In this document: positions 46,556 through 59,589 of the stretch, piece after piece
How the letters are laid out: every line of letters begins with the position of its first letter
How positions within the stretch are numbered: the first letter of the stretch is position 1
NCBI RefSeq assembly: GCF_001194135.2
Contig: NC_068994.1
Span: 22,727,887 to 22,791,886 of the forward strand
Source: Octopus bimaculoides
Lineage: Eukaryota
Length of the DNA stretch: 64,000 nucleotides
Direction of reading: 5' to 3'
Notes under the pieces: generated by a model
Told to the model about the DNA's origin: nothing
What the model saw: only the letters and a program-made list of their open reading frames with translations
Databases searched by the model: none
Position numbers and translations under genes: made by a program

Positions 46556-48967
46556 CCTTTATGGTGTCGATAAAGTACCAGTCCAGCACTGGGATCGATT
46601 TTCCTCTCCCCTTCTCTCTTCCTCTTGAAGAAATTGGTCTTGGTCAGTCCTGGAGAAGGATGGGCTCCGCCAGGTCGAAAAGAAATAAAGACCCGAGACA
46701 CACCATATGTTAAGACCGCGCTCTTTGGACTTCGTTAGGTGTTGAGAGGCCAAACCACTACCCCTTCCCATATTTCATACTTCAGGATAATATCAGATTT
46801 CCCTTCTCACATGCATGCACGTATCACACAGATCGCCAGTAAGGTATGATGCGATATAAACTGTTCCTAAACACTTGAGGGAAAGTGACTGAAGGAAAGT
46901 AATTTTTATATATATATATATTTTAAATGTGGAGAGTGTTTGACAATGAATTCAATAAAAGATTTTAAAAATCCGAAGGAATAAAAAAATAATTCGTAAG
47001 GCCTTGCCCTCTGCTACAATTCCTCTTGTGGGAAACTTTTACTCGGAGCTGTTTCTCATGACTCCGATAAAAAGCTGAAAGAAGAATGTTGGGCACAATA
47101 AACTGACTTCTGTGTAAGTGCAGCTTTTTGTTAATCGTTTATACTTATTGCGTATGTAACTGTAATCTATAGAATGTGTGTATGTGCTTATAACTGCATA
47201 TATTTATACTGTATATCTGTATTAATATAGCGTGTATTATGTATGTGCGCGTATATATGTGTTCATACCTGTAGTATGGATGTTTATAGTCAAATGCATG
47301 CATGTATGAAACACCTAGACATTAAATGTCAGCATCTTTTCTCAGTAATTGACCAGGTGCGTAAATATCTATACTTATCTAGGTGCTTTTTTTTTTACTG
47401 TGAGCTAAAGGGGAAATATTGTTGCTATATAAAAGTATAGAAATTTTTTGTGTGAAGGATATATTTCTTTTACTACACTTGCCGTTTCATAACCAATATA
47501 TCGTATACATTTGATATTCTGTGTATATTTGTCCATCACACTGTGCTCTAACGGTTCAGTCAGTATGAATACGTAATTTTTTTTATTACGATCACATTGT
47601 GCGATATCAAAGTATACAGTTGCTGTTTAGTTAGCTTTGTTTTTGTTTTTCTGCAATACTTCAGTTTTTTTGTTATTGTTTTTGTTCCAGTAGTAAAAGC
47701 AGCAGCAGCAGCGGTAGTAGTAGATGTAATTTCATACTGTTACTTCGGTAATTCAGTTGTTGAACACATCAATCCAAATTGTAATTTTGTATGATGATAT
47801 GAAACAAGAAGTTCGTGTAGAGTCCAGTACGCATAAATTGTACAAGTGGCAACGTTTCCTTTAGAATTGAACGGCTCTGAATTTACTGGAATTTTCAAAT
47901 AGAATTTCTTTAAAAGTGCTTGTAATTAGAAATAAATGACAATTTTAACGTGCAACAAATAGTGTCCGAGTCTTCTACCTTGTTTTTATATACATATGTT
48001 AGTAAGAATGTATTGACAGTACACTAGTCTATATCAGAATAATACTAAATGGTATTCCACTCCATTTTCATACCATCACATAAAAAACATTCAGACAAAG
48101 CCCATACTATATAAACAACCTAAACATGCAAGCGATACTCTTTACATCGAACTATACATAATCGTATATTTTGACTAAGATGAACATAATTTGTGCAAAT
48201 TTCAATCGATGTTTCCTTCAACATGTTATATTGGTGAAACATACATGCAAAATAAATACTACATTGTCTCTTATGCAAGCAAAGAAAGTTATGTCTGTAT
48301 TTCTTATTTTAGTCTATATATTCTTTATTTCTATTTAAGTCAGAGCAAGAGTTGGAGTTAAGGATGGTAGAATATAGAAACAAATTTAGTAACAAATAGC
48401 ATTCGAATTGGTTTCTTTATTGAAAGAGAAAGTATTTGAAGTATGAAAATAAGGTCCTTGTAATTCTTTTAAGAAATTATTTAGTTTCTAATAAGGATAC
48501 TTGGATGGTGTTGGCAGTAGCTCTTAGGATATTTCTTAATTAGAGATAGTAAGAAACTTAAAGTATAATAACCATTAAAAAAAATGCCTTAATTTGTAAA
48601 AGTATGGGAGATCTATAAAAGAACATGACTGATAGAAACTCAGGGTTAGTTATTTGTATAAAGGACTTGATCATTATATACTATAACAATCTTTAATTGA
48701 ACAAATATGAAAAAGCCATTTCATGGCTCATTGATAATTCAGAGAATGACATGTGAAGCCAGATTAAAATTCATTATAGCATTTGATGATGTTGAAATAT
48801 TCCAATCAGCTTTCATCAATCAGAACTATATCAAAGATGTAATTAATTAAACATTTGAAAGCATCTCATAAAGTCAGGACACTAGATATACCATGCTTCA
48901 ATCTGACCTTCAGTCACAATTGCATTAAGTGTAAGCTGGTATTCTGGTATTAATAATTAGAGTTATT

Positions 48968-49195
48968 AAGGTGGCAGACTGGCAGAATTGTTAGCACACC
49001 GGGCAAAATACTTAGTGGTATTTCGTCCATCTTTATATTTTGAGTTCAAATTCTACCGAGGTTGACTTTGCTTTTCATACTTTCAGAGTCAATAAGTACC
49101 AGTTGAGTACTGGGGTTGATGTAATCAACTTACTCCCTTCCCTGAACTTGCTGGTTTTGTGCCAAAATTTGAAAGCAATTATTAGTGTTATTGTA
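48968..49195 (+). mobile_element. Full-length tRNA-derived SINE (same family as 8001)
   Basis: GGTGGCAGACTGGCAGAATTGTTAGCAC..GAGTTCAAATTCTACCGAGGTTGACTTTGC..AAGTACCAGTTGAGTACTGGGG..GTGCCAAAATTTGAAA. Confidence 0.85.
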
Positions 49196-49829
49196 AATTT
49201 GTATAGTGTGATTTCTCAAATATTCTAATTAAAATATTTTTGCTCCATTTGCTTATTTTGCATTTGTTATTGATATCACAGAGAACAAGGAATCTAACAT
49301 TTTACTACTCAGCTACTCGATATCTCTTAATCTTGCCCTGTAACTTTTTCCCTATGACTTTATTTCATAACTTTATATTTGGTCTATCAATTTAAGATTT
49401 AGTTTTCTGTATGTGTCTTTATAGACATTAATGATGGTTCTGACATGCCAGTTATTGAAAATAATACCAATGTGTATAATATATAAATATGTTACTTTAT
49501 CTACCTCATAATTTCAATAAAACTTTCTTGTCATTGCCAAGAAATTCTTTGCCAATTTTTCAGAATTCTCTTATCAGTTAGTTCTAACCAAGATAGCTTT
49601 GTAAAGTAGCATTTCTGTTGAAAAGAAAAAAAAAACAAAACACATTTGCTGTCTATCTTGCTTCCAACTAATCATTGCACATTCAAAAAAAAAAAAAGAA
49701 ATAACCTCTACTCAATCTGTCTCACTACTGCATGCACAGTGTACCAAATGTAAAAAACTTCTGCATTAGCTTCAGCTTAACTGGTGATGTCTTTACATTG
49801 CTTCAATTAGTTATGTCGTGTTTTTCTCT

Positions 49830-50180
49830 ACAGGGAACTATCACAGTTTATGGAAACATGTGACAGTAAGTCCTATTTCTATGAAAGGCAACTTGTCTGC
49901 TCTTGTCAATTATCAATCTATTGCTCTCATTTCACACTCATCCTGCAAGAAATAGCTCCTCCGCTTGCTTGAAGAATGCAATTTGTTCTACTCTTGAGTA
50001 TACAAAAAGACAAGACCATTACAGATAAAAGGCCTTTGATGATAGGTTTGCCTGTTCAAAGCTTGCCTGTCGTTTAAACAAAAATTACTACCAGTAAAGT
50101 TACCAAGCTTCCAATTCTAGTGAAGAATTGATTTCTTTGTAATTGTCACCATTTCATTATCAGACATCACCTGGTCCTTT
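49830..50180 (+). mobile_element. CR1/Jockey-group LINE RT remnant
   Basis: VSPISMKGNLSALVNYQSIALIS resembles the V.P..KKG..S...NYRPI.L motif. Confidence 0.5.
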
Positions 50181-50643
50181 GGAGCTAACAGAAGTTGCTG
50201 CTTCTATCTTTAGAAATCCTCAAACAAAACATTGCTGTTACATATGGTAGCTTGCCAAGCTGAGACAAATTAATACAGGCACACAAAACATTGAAAATCA
50301 AAATATTGATGTGAACATGGCATTTTGCTGCAGGGTATTGTATCAGAGAACGACTTCTCCTTCTAGACAATATGTGTAAAGTAAGTGGATTATGAGATAG
50401 TATTTTGGTGTAATTGTTACCTTTTCAGTGGTAGACACTGCATGGTCCTTAGGAAAGTGATAAGAACGAATGCACATATCAGTATTATGATTCTTGTTGT
50501 CTTGTATTCTTGTAATAAATTAAATTCCAGTTTGACAAGTCACTACATGCATCAATAAATGATTTTGTTTGCTGATTTCTGTTGATAGAAGCAGCAACTT
50601 CTGTTTACTCCTGAAGAAGCAACAATAATGCTGAAACACTGTC
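50181..50643. repeat. Inverted-repeat element with decayed hammerhead core at its right end (Penelope-type inverted terminal repeat)
   Basis: 50181-50208 matches 50584-50611 in reverse complement at 26/28, with weaker similarity extending inward about 100 bp. CTGAAGA-AGCA acaataa TGCT-GAAA-CACTG-TC at 50611-50643; stem I 3' strand lost. Confidence 0.65.
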
Positions 50644-51370
50644 TTACAGTTCATTTATATCCCTTGCAGTAAGTATGTTGTTTAAATATATTGTCTGTAA
50701 GAAGTTGTTCTCTGATACTATGCTCTACAGTGAAGTACTATTTTCATGTTCAAGTGTGCTGGAACGTAATAAGAATAAGCGTACACATCAGTATTTTGAT
50801 CCCCACTGTTTTGCATTGCCTGTAATCATATATACCCTTGTAATTTTGCTTTTTGCACAATTTTACCATAAATGGTAATACATTTGGTTATTAAAATGTA
50901 ACCATATTCATCATTTATGGATATAAAAGTTTTTCTAGTTGATGTTGCTGTAAAGATGACTATTAAGAATAATTAAGAAAATGACAATTAATGCCTTTTT
51001 TTATTATTTATTTTTATTTCTCTTGTTTTCATAGGTTGCTCATTCTTTTACCAAGTCTATAGAAATAATCCAATCAAAAATATTTTATGAAACAAAATGA
51101 TAAGAATGTCTGCTGAATCTTTCTACAATTTATTGTGATATTATTTATAAAGAGGATTTCTTATATTTATCAATATATTTCCAATATATCTGCAGTGATG
51201 ATGGATTATTACCAGCTGAAATGAAGAGTAATAAAAGAATTACTGTGTTTAGAATTTGGTACAAAAGTAAAAACTAACAACTTTAGGAAGAAGAAATTAA
51301 CCAAAGTCAGCTGATGAATGTTTCTTTTGAAGGAAAATTCCTCGTTTATGGATGAGAAAAATATATAGCT

Positions 51371-52040
51371 ATGTATTCTTCTAAATCTTTGTACAATCCT
51401 ACAATTCTGGACAATAGCAGCCAACATCTTGATAAATCCTTGTATAATGCTTCGATATTAGATGACAACTGTCGAAGACTTGACCATGATATTATACAGA
51501 AAAGCCACCTGGAACAGTCCAGTATGAAAATGGGTGTTATCCCAAGAAGTGAGGATTCTCATAATGATCACCTAAAGTCCTATAACAGTCACTATAGCAG
51601 TAATAGCAACAATAGCCTCAAAATGAAAATAATAACGTCAGGCTCTTCTGGGTTTCCATACATTGCTGAGAATAATATGAACAGGAACAGTGATATTATT
51701 ACTAATTCTGAAAACATCACCACCAACAACGCCAATACCAAAAACAAGATAGGGCTTATTCCTAATTCTCCTTACATTGGTATCAGCCTTAGTATGAAGA
51801 AACCATATAAATGTGGAACCTGTCGTAAAGGTTTTGCTCAACGCGGCCACTTGATAAACCATGAATTAGGTGGCCGGAAGCATTTTTTCTGTACGTTCTG
51901 TAACAAAGCCTTCTCACAGGAGATTATACTGCGTAATCATGTAAGAACACATACTGGTGAGCGGCCATTTCACTGTAGTTACTGTACTAGAACCTTTTGC
52001 CAGGTGACTGAATGGAGAAATCACGAAAGAACTCATACAG
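51371..52040 (+). CDS. C2H2 zinc-finger gene 2, first coding exon (atypical ZF1, ZF2, ZF3)
   Basis: ORF with PYKCGTCRKGF..HELGGRKHF FCTFC.. FHCSYC..HERTHT. Acceptor TTTTCATAG|G at 51034/51035; donor ACAG|GTAAG at 52040/52041 (phase 1). Confidence 0.92.
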
Positions 52041-52329
52041 GTAAGATACAGTATGATTTCTTTTCTTTACATTATATTTTCACATGAGTATACCATCTTC
52101 TTTTTTTACTAGATTATTATGCTTAATCATAGTGAGATCAATTCACTACTTTTGAGTAACTGAAATTCAAGGTATAGTATAATGCATCATATCAGTAGCA
52201 GAACCCCAAATAATCTCTTAAATAAATAAATGTGTAAAGAAACGAAAAACATTAAAAAAAAAAGGATTTCAGTAATAATTTCAATAATTATCCAGTTTAT
52301 ATCATACGGATGCAGACAGTTGCATACAG

Positions 52330-52812
52330 AAGTGCTGATCACTTAAAGTGGATGGAACATGTGTAAAAAGGGAGACCCAAGAAGACATGGGACAAAATAT
52401 TGAAGGATGATCTCAAGACACTGAGCCTTGCAAAGGAGAAGACTAAAGACCGAGATATTTGGTACCTTGTTGTACTCAACAAGACTCATCTGTCACAGTA
52501 GAATTGATACCAGTGCTGGTACCACACAAAAACACTCATGCTGGTGTCACATTAAAAGCATTGGTGCTGGTGCCACATTAAAAGCATTGGTGCTGGTGCC
52601 ACAGAAAAAGCACCCAGTGCACTCTGTGGATTGGTTGGTGTTAGGAAGGGCATCAAGCCATAGAAAGTTGGTGTTAGGAAGGGCATCAAGCCATAGAAAC
52701 CATGCCAGAACAGACAATAGAGCCTGGGGTGGCCCTTGGCCTTACCAGCTCAGGTCAAAACCATCCAACTTGTGCCAGCATGGAAAATGGACGTTAAATG
52801 ATGATGATGAAA
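52330..52812 (+). mobile_element. RTE LINE 3' end in intron of gene 2
   Basis: KRETQEDMG..LKDDLKTLSL..KTKDRDIWYLVVL remnant, tandem GGTGCCACA..AAAAGCA units, internal duplication TTGGTGTTAGGAAGGGCATCAAGCCATAGAAA, (GAT)n tail. Confidence 0.85.
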
Positions 52813-54081
52813 ATTAAAGTATACATCTTACTAAGTAAATATAGCTCTGTAGTTGTTATGAATATTTACACTTGGTGTTTTACTCATATTCTTCATTGAT
52901 TACCTTCACCTAAAGTTACATTCACAGTATTGTATATCAGTGCCAAATTTATGTAATTTATATTTGTATTGAAGTAAATTAATTCAGTTTACATTCAATA
53001 CCAAAATGAAAATGATAAATATTATGATGACAATGAATTCCAAAGCTTTATTTATACATACAAAACTGAAGTAGAAATTTGATATGACATTAAGTTACAA
53101 TTAAATGGGAATTCTTAAACATTTCAAACACAAAGCTTTGTAAAAATCCTGTAAAATCATAATTTTCATCACCTTACCTTCATAATGATCAGGGTGAATG
53201 ATATCATTTATGAATCCTCTTCATCACTTTCAGTAATAATTGGTTGTATGTCAACTGCTACATCTTCATCATCATCATCATACGATATTCATCTTCTGTA
53301 CTATCCAGTGCATTTAAATTTCCACATTTCTACAATGACTTGATAATAATGTCAACATGTATTATTTTTTGTTAAGTAACAATCCATTTCCATTAAAGAG
53401 ACAATGATGTAGACAGCATACTATCATCTTTCTCCATCATTTATTCTCATTATCATGCTAATCTAATGGTTGCAAAACATTTGTGAATCCTTCAGGATTT
53501 TCTGCTGTGTCAGTCAGTGTTTGTGATTTATACACTATCAAACTGAAAGTCTTCACTAGATGTAACCTTAAGTAATCTCAAACAGGCAAGCACTTTTCTT
53601 TCTGAAACCCTCTAAGATGTAAATTTCAAATTTCCTTCATTTACTGCTTCTATCCCCTTTCATCTATTCAGCCATGTGACTGCATATTTACAATAATTCC
53701 TTCCAGAAATTTCTCCTTTGGTGTAGTATTTCTCTTAAAAACAACAATCTGTATTAATTTAGTAGAGCATGCCTTACATGAAGGAACTAAAACAAAACTT
53801 ATGTCCAGTAATTTTCACCAGTACTAATTTCTCTCCTGTTTGGTTCAAGTGTTTAATCTGTTTCCAATGCATGATAACCTAAAATCTTTTATTGATTTCT
53901 GATTATAAATCAGAGAAGTTTTACTATCTTATCTTTTTGACCATCAGGCAAATTTCATGTAATCTTCATTCTTTACCAAAGAGCTAAATGATACAATTTT
54001 GTACACAATCTTAGCCTTTGTCTTAGAATATAAATTCTATCCATTTTTAGTTCCTTTTGCACATAGGTTCACATAGCTTCT

Positions 54082-55480
54082 TCATCATCATCGTTTAACG
54101 TCCGCTTTCCATGCTAGCATGGGTTGGACGATTTGACTGAGGACAGGTGAACCGGATCGAGCAGGGCCATCTACCTGAGGAGGTTTGTGTTTTGTCTACC
54201 TTCCTACTTATTAGGACTTTGGTTTTAGCTAGGTTGACTCTAAGGCCCTTTGATTCTAGTCCTTGCTTCCACACCTGAAACTTCTCTAGTTCTGATAGTG
54301 ACTCAGCAATTAGGGCAAGGTCATCAGCATAGAGGAGCTCCCAGGGGCATCCCATCTTGAATTTCTGTGTTATTGCCTGGAGGACTATGATAAATAGGAG
54401 GGGGCTGAGGACTGAACCTTGGTGGACCCCTACCTCTACCCAGAATTCTTCACTGTACTCATTGCCAACCCTCACCTTACTGACAGTGTCCCTTTACATG
54501 GCTTGCACAGCTCTCACTAACCATTCATCTATCCCTAGTTTCCTCATTGACTACCAGATAAGGGAGCAGGAGACCCTGTCAAAGGCTTTCTCCATGTCAA
54601 CGAAAGCCAGGTACAGAGGTTTATCTTTGGCTAGGTATTTCTCCTGCAGCTGTCTTACCAGAAATATAGCATCAGTGGTGTTTTTCCCTGGAACGAACCC
54701 AAACTGCATCTCATCTAAGCTGACTCTCTCCCTAATTAGTTGGGCTATGAACCTCTCCGTGACCTTCATTACCTGGTCCAACAACTTGATTCCTCTGTAA
54801 TTGTTTGTGTCTAAAGCATCACCTTTACCTTTATAGCAGTTGACTATGGTGCTGCTACACCAATCATTGGGTATGACTCCTTCCTGTATCACCTGGTTAA
54901 CAATACGGATGACTAGGCTATAGCAGACACGGCCAGATATTTTGAGCATCTCAACAGTGATTCCTGATGGGCCGGGGGATTTCCCTGTCTTCATACTCTT
55001 AATTGCTTTATCTACCATGGTACTGTCAATTAGGATAGCTGGTCCCTCTGTTGGGTCGACATGCAGCAGACTCTCTTCCTCCCATTCATTCTCTTTATTA
55101 AGTGACCTTTCATAGTGGCGTCTCCAAACTTCTCTCTTTGCAGCCTTGTTTAGTGCAAGTGAGCCATCAACCATGCGGACACATTTCTCTCCTACGACCT
55201 CACCACTCTCTCTCGCACACTGTCTTGCAACACGAAATACTTCAAGTCTTTGGTCCTCACAGCGCAGAACATTGGCAAATTTTTTCTTATCTGCTTCCCT
55301 TCTGGCTAAATAAACCTATCTGCTAGCTTCCCTTCTGGCAGTCTGATACAATTCCCTGCTACCTCCGTTCTTCCAGTCCTTCCAAGCCTGTTTCTTTTGT
55401 CTAATAGCCCTGTCAACCACATTGTTCCACCACCACATTTTTCATCTTGATGATTTTCAAGTATTCGTTCATTAACTTTA
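54082..55480 (-). mobile_element. Young RTE LINE fragment (RT domain) joined directly to the 3' tail
   Basis: KSPGPSG, NYRGIKLLDQVMKV, QFGFVPG, FVDMEKAFDRV, GVHQGSVLSPLLF, LLYADDL; one or two frameshifts; tail with (GAT)n at 54082. Confidence 0.95.
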
Positions 55481-55598
55481 TCCTTCAATTGTAGCTACCT
55501 GCAAGATTCTCTGACACATCAAATCCTCTTACTACACATAGTTATTTGTCTTGGTCAATTTGATAACTACTGCTTCTTCATTTATATATATATATTAT

Positions 55599-56648
55599 AT
55601 CATCATCATCGTTTAACGTCCGCTTTCCATGCTAGCATGGGTTGGACGATTTGACTGAGGACTGGTGAAACCGGATGGCAACACCAGGCTCCAGTCTGAT
55701 TTGGCAGAGTTTCTACAGCTGGATGCCCTTCCTAACGCCAACCACTCAGAGAGTGTAGTGGGTGCTTTTACGTGTCACCCGCACGAAAACGGCCACGCTC
55801 GAAATGGTGTCTTTTATGTGCCNNNNNNNNNNNNNNNNNNNNNNNNNNNNNNNNNNNNNNNNNNNNNNNNNNNNNNNNNNNNNNNNNNNNNNNNNNNNNN
55901 NNNNNNNNNNNNNNNNNNNNNNNNNNNNNNNNNNNNNNNNNNNNNNNNNNNNNNNNNNNNNNNNNNNNNNNNNNNNNNNNNNNNNNNNNNNNNNNNNNNN
56001 NNNNNNNNNNNNNNNNNNNNNNNNNNNNNNNNNNNNNNNNNNNNNNNNNNNNNNNNNNNNNNNNNNNNNNNNNNNNNNNNNNNNNNNNNNNNNNNNNNNN
56101 NNNNNNNNNNNNNNNNNNNNNNNNNNNNNNNNNNNNNNNNNNNNNNNNNNNNNNNNNNNNNNNNNNNNNNNNNNNNNNNNNNNNNNNNNNNNNNNNNNNN
56201 NNNNNNNNNNNNNNNNNNNNNNNNNNNNNNNNNNNNNNNNNNNNNNNNNNNNNNNNNNNNNNNNNNNNNNNNNNNNNNNNNNNNNNNNNNNNNNNNNNNN
56301 NNNNNNNNNNNNNNNNNNNNNNNNNNNNNNNNNNNNNNNNNNNNNNNNNNNNNNNNNNNNNNNNNNNNNNNNNNNNNNNNNNNNNNNNNNNNNNNNNNNN
56401 NNNNNNNNNNNNNNNGTTCGTACGCATGCGTCATACAGTCTGCCTTTTACTCTGAGTGAGAGTCCCTTTGTCGCCAGCAGGGGTAAGAGCTCTCTAAACT
56501 TTGCCCAGGCTATTCTTATTCTAGCAGCTACACTTTCAGCGCACCCACCCCCACTACTAACTTGGTCGCCCAGATAGCGGAAGCTATCGACTACCTCTAG
56601 TTTTTCACCCTGGAATGAGATAGAAGTTGTTTCCTGTTTGTTTGCAGT

Positions 56649-56650
<2 letters not shown>
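55599..56650 (-). mobile_element. Young 5'-truncated RTE LINE 3' end spanning the N gap
   Basis: 56417-56650 encodes the post-RT region (FRYLGD..RIRIAWAKFRELLPLL..KGLSLRVKGRLYDACVR); 55599-55822 is the shared tail; CpGs are retained. Confidence 0.85.
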
Positions 56651-56684
<34 letters not shown>

Positions 56685-56729
56685 GGAAGTATTTCTTCTG
56701 ATCCCACTGCTGAAGAGGATTGACCTGCA

Positions 56730-56925
56730 AGAGTCTGTGTCAGTACCACATTAGAAGCACCTAACATACACTGTAAAGTGGTTGGTGTTCGGAAGGGCAT
56801 CCAGCTGTAGAAACAAAGCCAAATCAGACTGCAACCTGGTGCAGCTCCCCAGCTGGCCAGCTCTGGTCAAACCATCCAACCCATGCCAGCATGGAAAACA
56901 GATGTTAAATGATGATGATGATACT
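56730..56925 (+). mobile_element. RTE tail copy, opposite orientation to 55599-55822
   Basis: GTGGTTGGTGTTCGGAAGGGCATCCAGCTGTAGAAAC..CCATGCCAGCATGGAAAACAGATGTTAAATGATGATGATGAT. Confidence 0.85.
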
Positions 56926-59149
56926 GGGAAGTATTTTCTCATAAAACCACATCAATTATCCTCCTATCAAGTGAGATCGCAACATGACTTTTATGCAGTC
57001 TTCTTGACCACTATAGCTGATAGAAATAGTGAACAGTTGTACTGATATTTGTAGTATCATTGTGTTAAGAGTTTCCACCTTTGGGGTTTTTTTTTTTTTG
57101 TCTTACCAACACTGGTCACATTGCTTCATAGCTGTGTTTACATCTACATACTAGAGGTTGATGGTGTGTTATGTACTGATAAGTACTACCCATTCAGAGA
57201 TATGATAGTTACAGTGAATAATAATGCTAAACGTATTTGGTCTAGTTTGTATCACTAATTATATTACAGCAATTGCAGTTCTTCAGTAATGAAGTAGTAA
57301 AATGTGTAGCATAATATTTCAGTGCTTAATAACTGGAAAAAAATACACTTTCTGACCATAACATTACAAGGGATAATTCTATGATCAGCATATATTGATC
57401 TGTTATCTATGTAAAAGTAGAGTTGACTTTTACATGATATTGACTTTTATTTGAATGTCTATGGAATTTATCCTTTATTTCAGTGATTCTCTGAGATTGC
57501 ATCAATTAAGAAGTTAAAGAGAGATGTATTATGTTAACCCAGTCATTGCTATAAGTTATAGTTTTATTGACCACATATTCTTATAATTCTACACCATTCT
57601 ATTGTATGCTTTTAATCATAAATTCTGTTCTCTCTACTAGTGAGTACATGATAAATATATGCAGCCATTTCAACCAGAATGGTGGAAGAAGGCATTATTA
57701 GCATTCTTGGTAGCCAGGATAGCTGATAGACTAATGGGTTTCAAACTAATTTTACATAATGTCATAGCATTAATGATCTCTACTTTTTATCAAAAGTAGG
57801 ATTAACAGATGTGCAAAAGCAACTTCGTTAGTATAGTTAACTATTTCCATGAACATGTCTAGAAACAAATGAAAGTATGGCCAAAATACAAAATATATAA
57901 AACAACTACCTAAATAATTGGTTACCCACCAGTCTGATAGGTGTAGGAATGAAATAGATTTTTTGCTTACCATTTAATGAGTCACCATTTATAAACAACG
58001 GTTCCCTTCACAATGTGGAATGTACTTCTTAACATGAATTAGTGAATTTAAGTTATTTCACTTCAAGTGAAACTTCCAAACAGTGCTGCATCTGTTTTGT
58101 CTGTTTTGGCACGGCTTCCACAACTGGATGCGCTTCCTAATGCCATCTGTTACTATCACTAGTAAGGTCATATTGCAACTTGCAAGTCTAAAGGATCTCA
58201 TGAAGGAGAGCAGAAGAGAAAGTGAGTGTGGTGATTTTAGGGAAGGTAATGAGAGATGGTAAAGGATGAGAGAAATAGTTTTATGGTTGTGAGAGGTTGA
58301 TAGTGGAGAAACTTTTTCTTGCCCATTATTATATTTATGGCAAAATCGTCCTTCTTTTATAAAGTTTGCCCTCCTTTTACTTTTGTCTATATTTTATGTA
58401 GTGATAAGTCTTGAATTGGAACAAACAAAAGTAAATAGTCAGGAGTTTTGAGTCATGAAGCTGATTAATTGAACTCCAATCTCTTCTAAAAATTTGAAAG
58501 TGAAATATTAAAAAAAGTTTTCCCTCCTCCTTATTCTCTCACTAGAAATCATCATTTTCAATACTGCACTCTGGCATTGTTAATATATTTAGAAATTAAG
58601 ACATTCAGTACAAAGACTGCCACATGTTATACTTCGTATATTTGTTGCATTCAAAAGTCATTGAAATTCAGATTGACACTTACTAAACAAAGTTAAAATA
58701 ATTTTACATAATATAAAAGAAGAGTAGAATGTTGAAGAAATGAGGAAAAAATGGATTTGGCAAAAATATCTACAAAGTTCACATCTAAAATATGTCAAAT
58801 GGTGAATAGCAGGTGTTAACCTTGTGAATTGACTTTTTATCATTATTGCAATAATGATTTTTATGTCAGAGTTGGTAAATTTTGTATATACATTCAGAAA
58901 AAGCAGTAAGTATGTCAGGGATAGTTGCAGAAGTTTTAAGAGCATCAGACTGTGTTGGTATTATGCTAGTTACTCACTTGAGCCTTTTGATGTTATTTCT
59001 AACTGAAATGCATCTCTCTATATTTTAATTAAATTCTAAAATAATAATGAATTTAAACTTGTTTTGTAAAACCATTACCTTTTATTTATTATTTATTCTA
59101 TAAATTTTGTATGGAATCTAATTGTTTCTCAGCCTCTCAAATTAGAGCT

Positions 59150-59360
59150 ATGTATATTTTCTTTCACTTGTTTTACTTGTTTCTCAGCTGTGGCCATGCT
59201 GGGACACCTCTTTGAATTTTTAGTTGAATGAATCAGCCCCAGTATTTCATTTTTAAGCCGGTCACTTATTTTATCAATCTCGGGGATGCAAATACACCAA
59301 CACCAGTTGTCAAGTGGTGGGTGGGCTGGGATACAAACATAGACACAAAGACACACACAC
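59150..59360 (-). mobile_element. 3' half of CORE-type SINE
   Basis: TTTACTTGTTTCTCAGCTGTGGCCATGCTGGGACAC..ACACCAACACCAGTTGTCAAG. Confidence 0.75.
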
Positions 59361-59589
59361 AAGGGGCTTAATATTCTACGATGACAGGTGGTATTGAGTA
59401 TGTTTGTGACAGAATGGTTAACTATCGTTAGTTACATAACCATTCTAGAGTGGGCTTAATGTAGCTGACAAGAGAGAACTTGGGCTTGGAGTTTGGGTTT
59501 CATATGTGGAATAACATGCCTCGGAGGATAGCTTTAGTCAACCATCTAGTTGTTTCTTGGACAGGGATGAAACTCAAATACTGCCAGTT

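Noticed and set aside
52900-54050. Possible very old pogo/Tigger-like transposase remnant (also DD37D-like traces at 48700-48950)
   Set aside because: Only vague motif resemblance; not supportable without a profile search.
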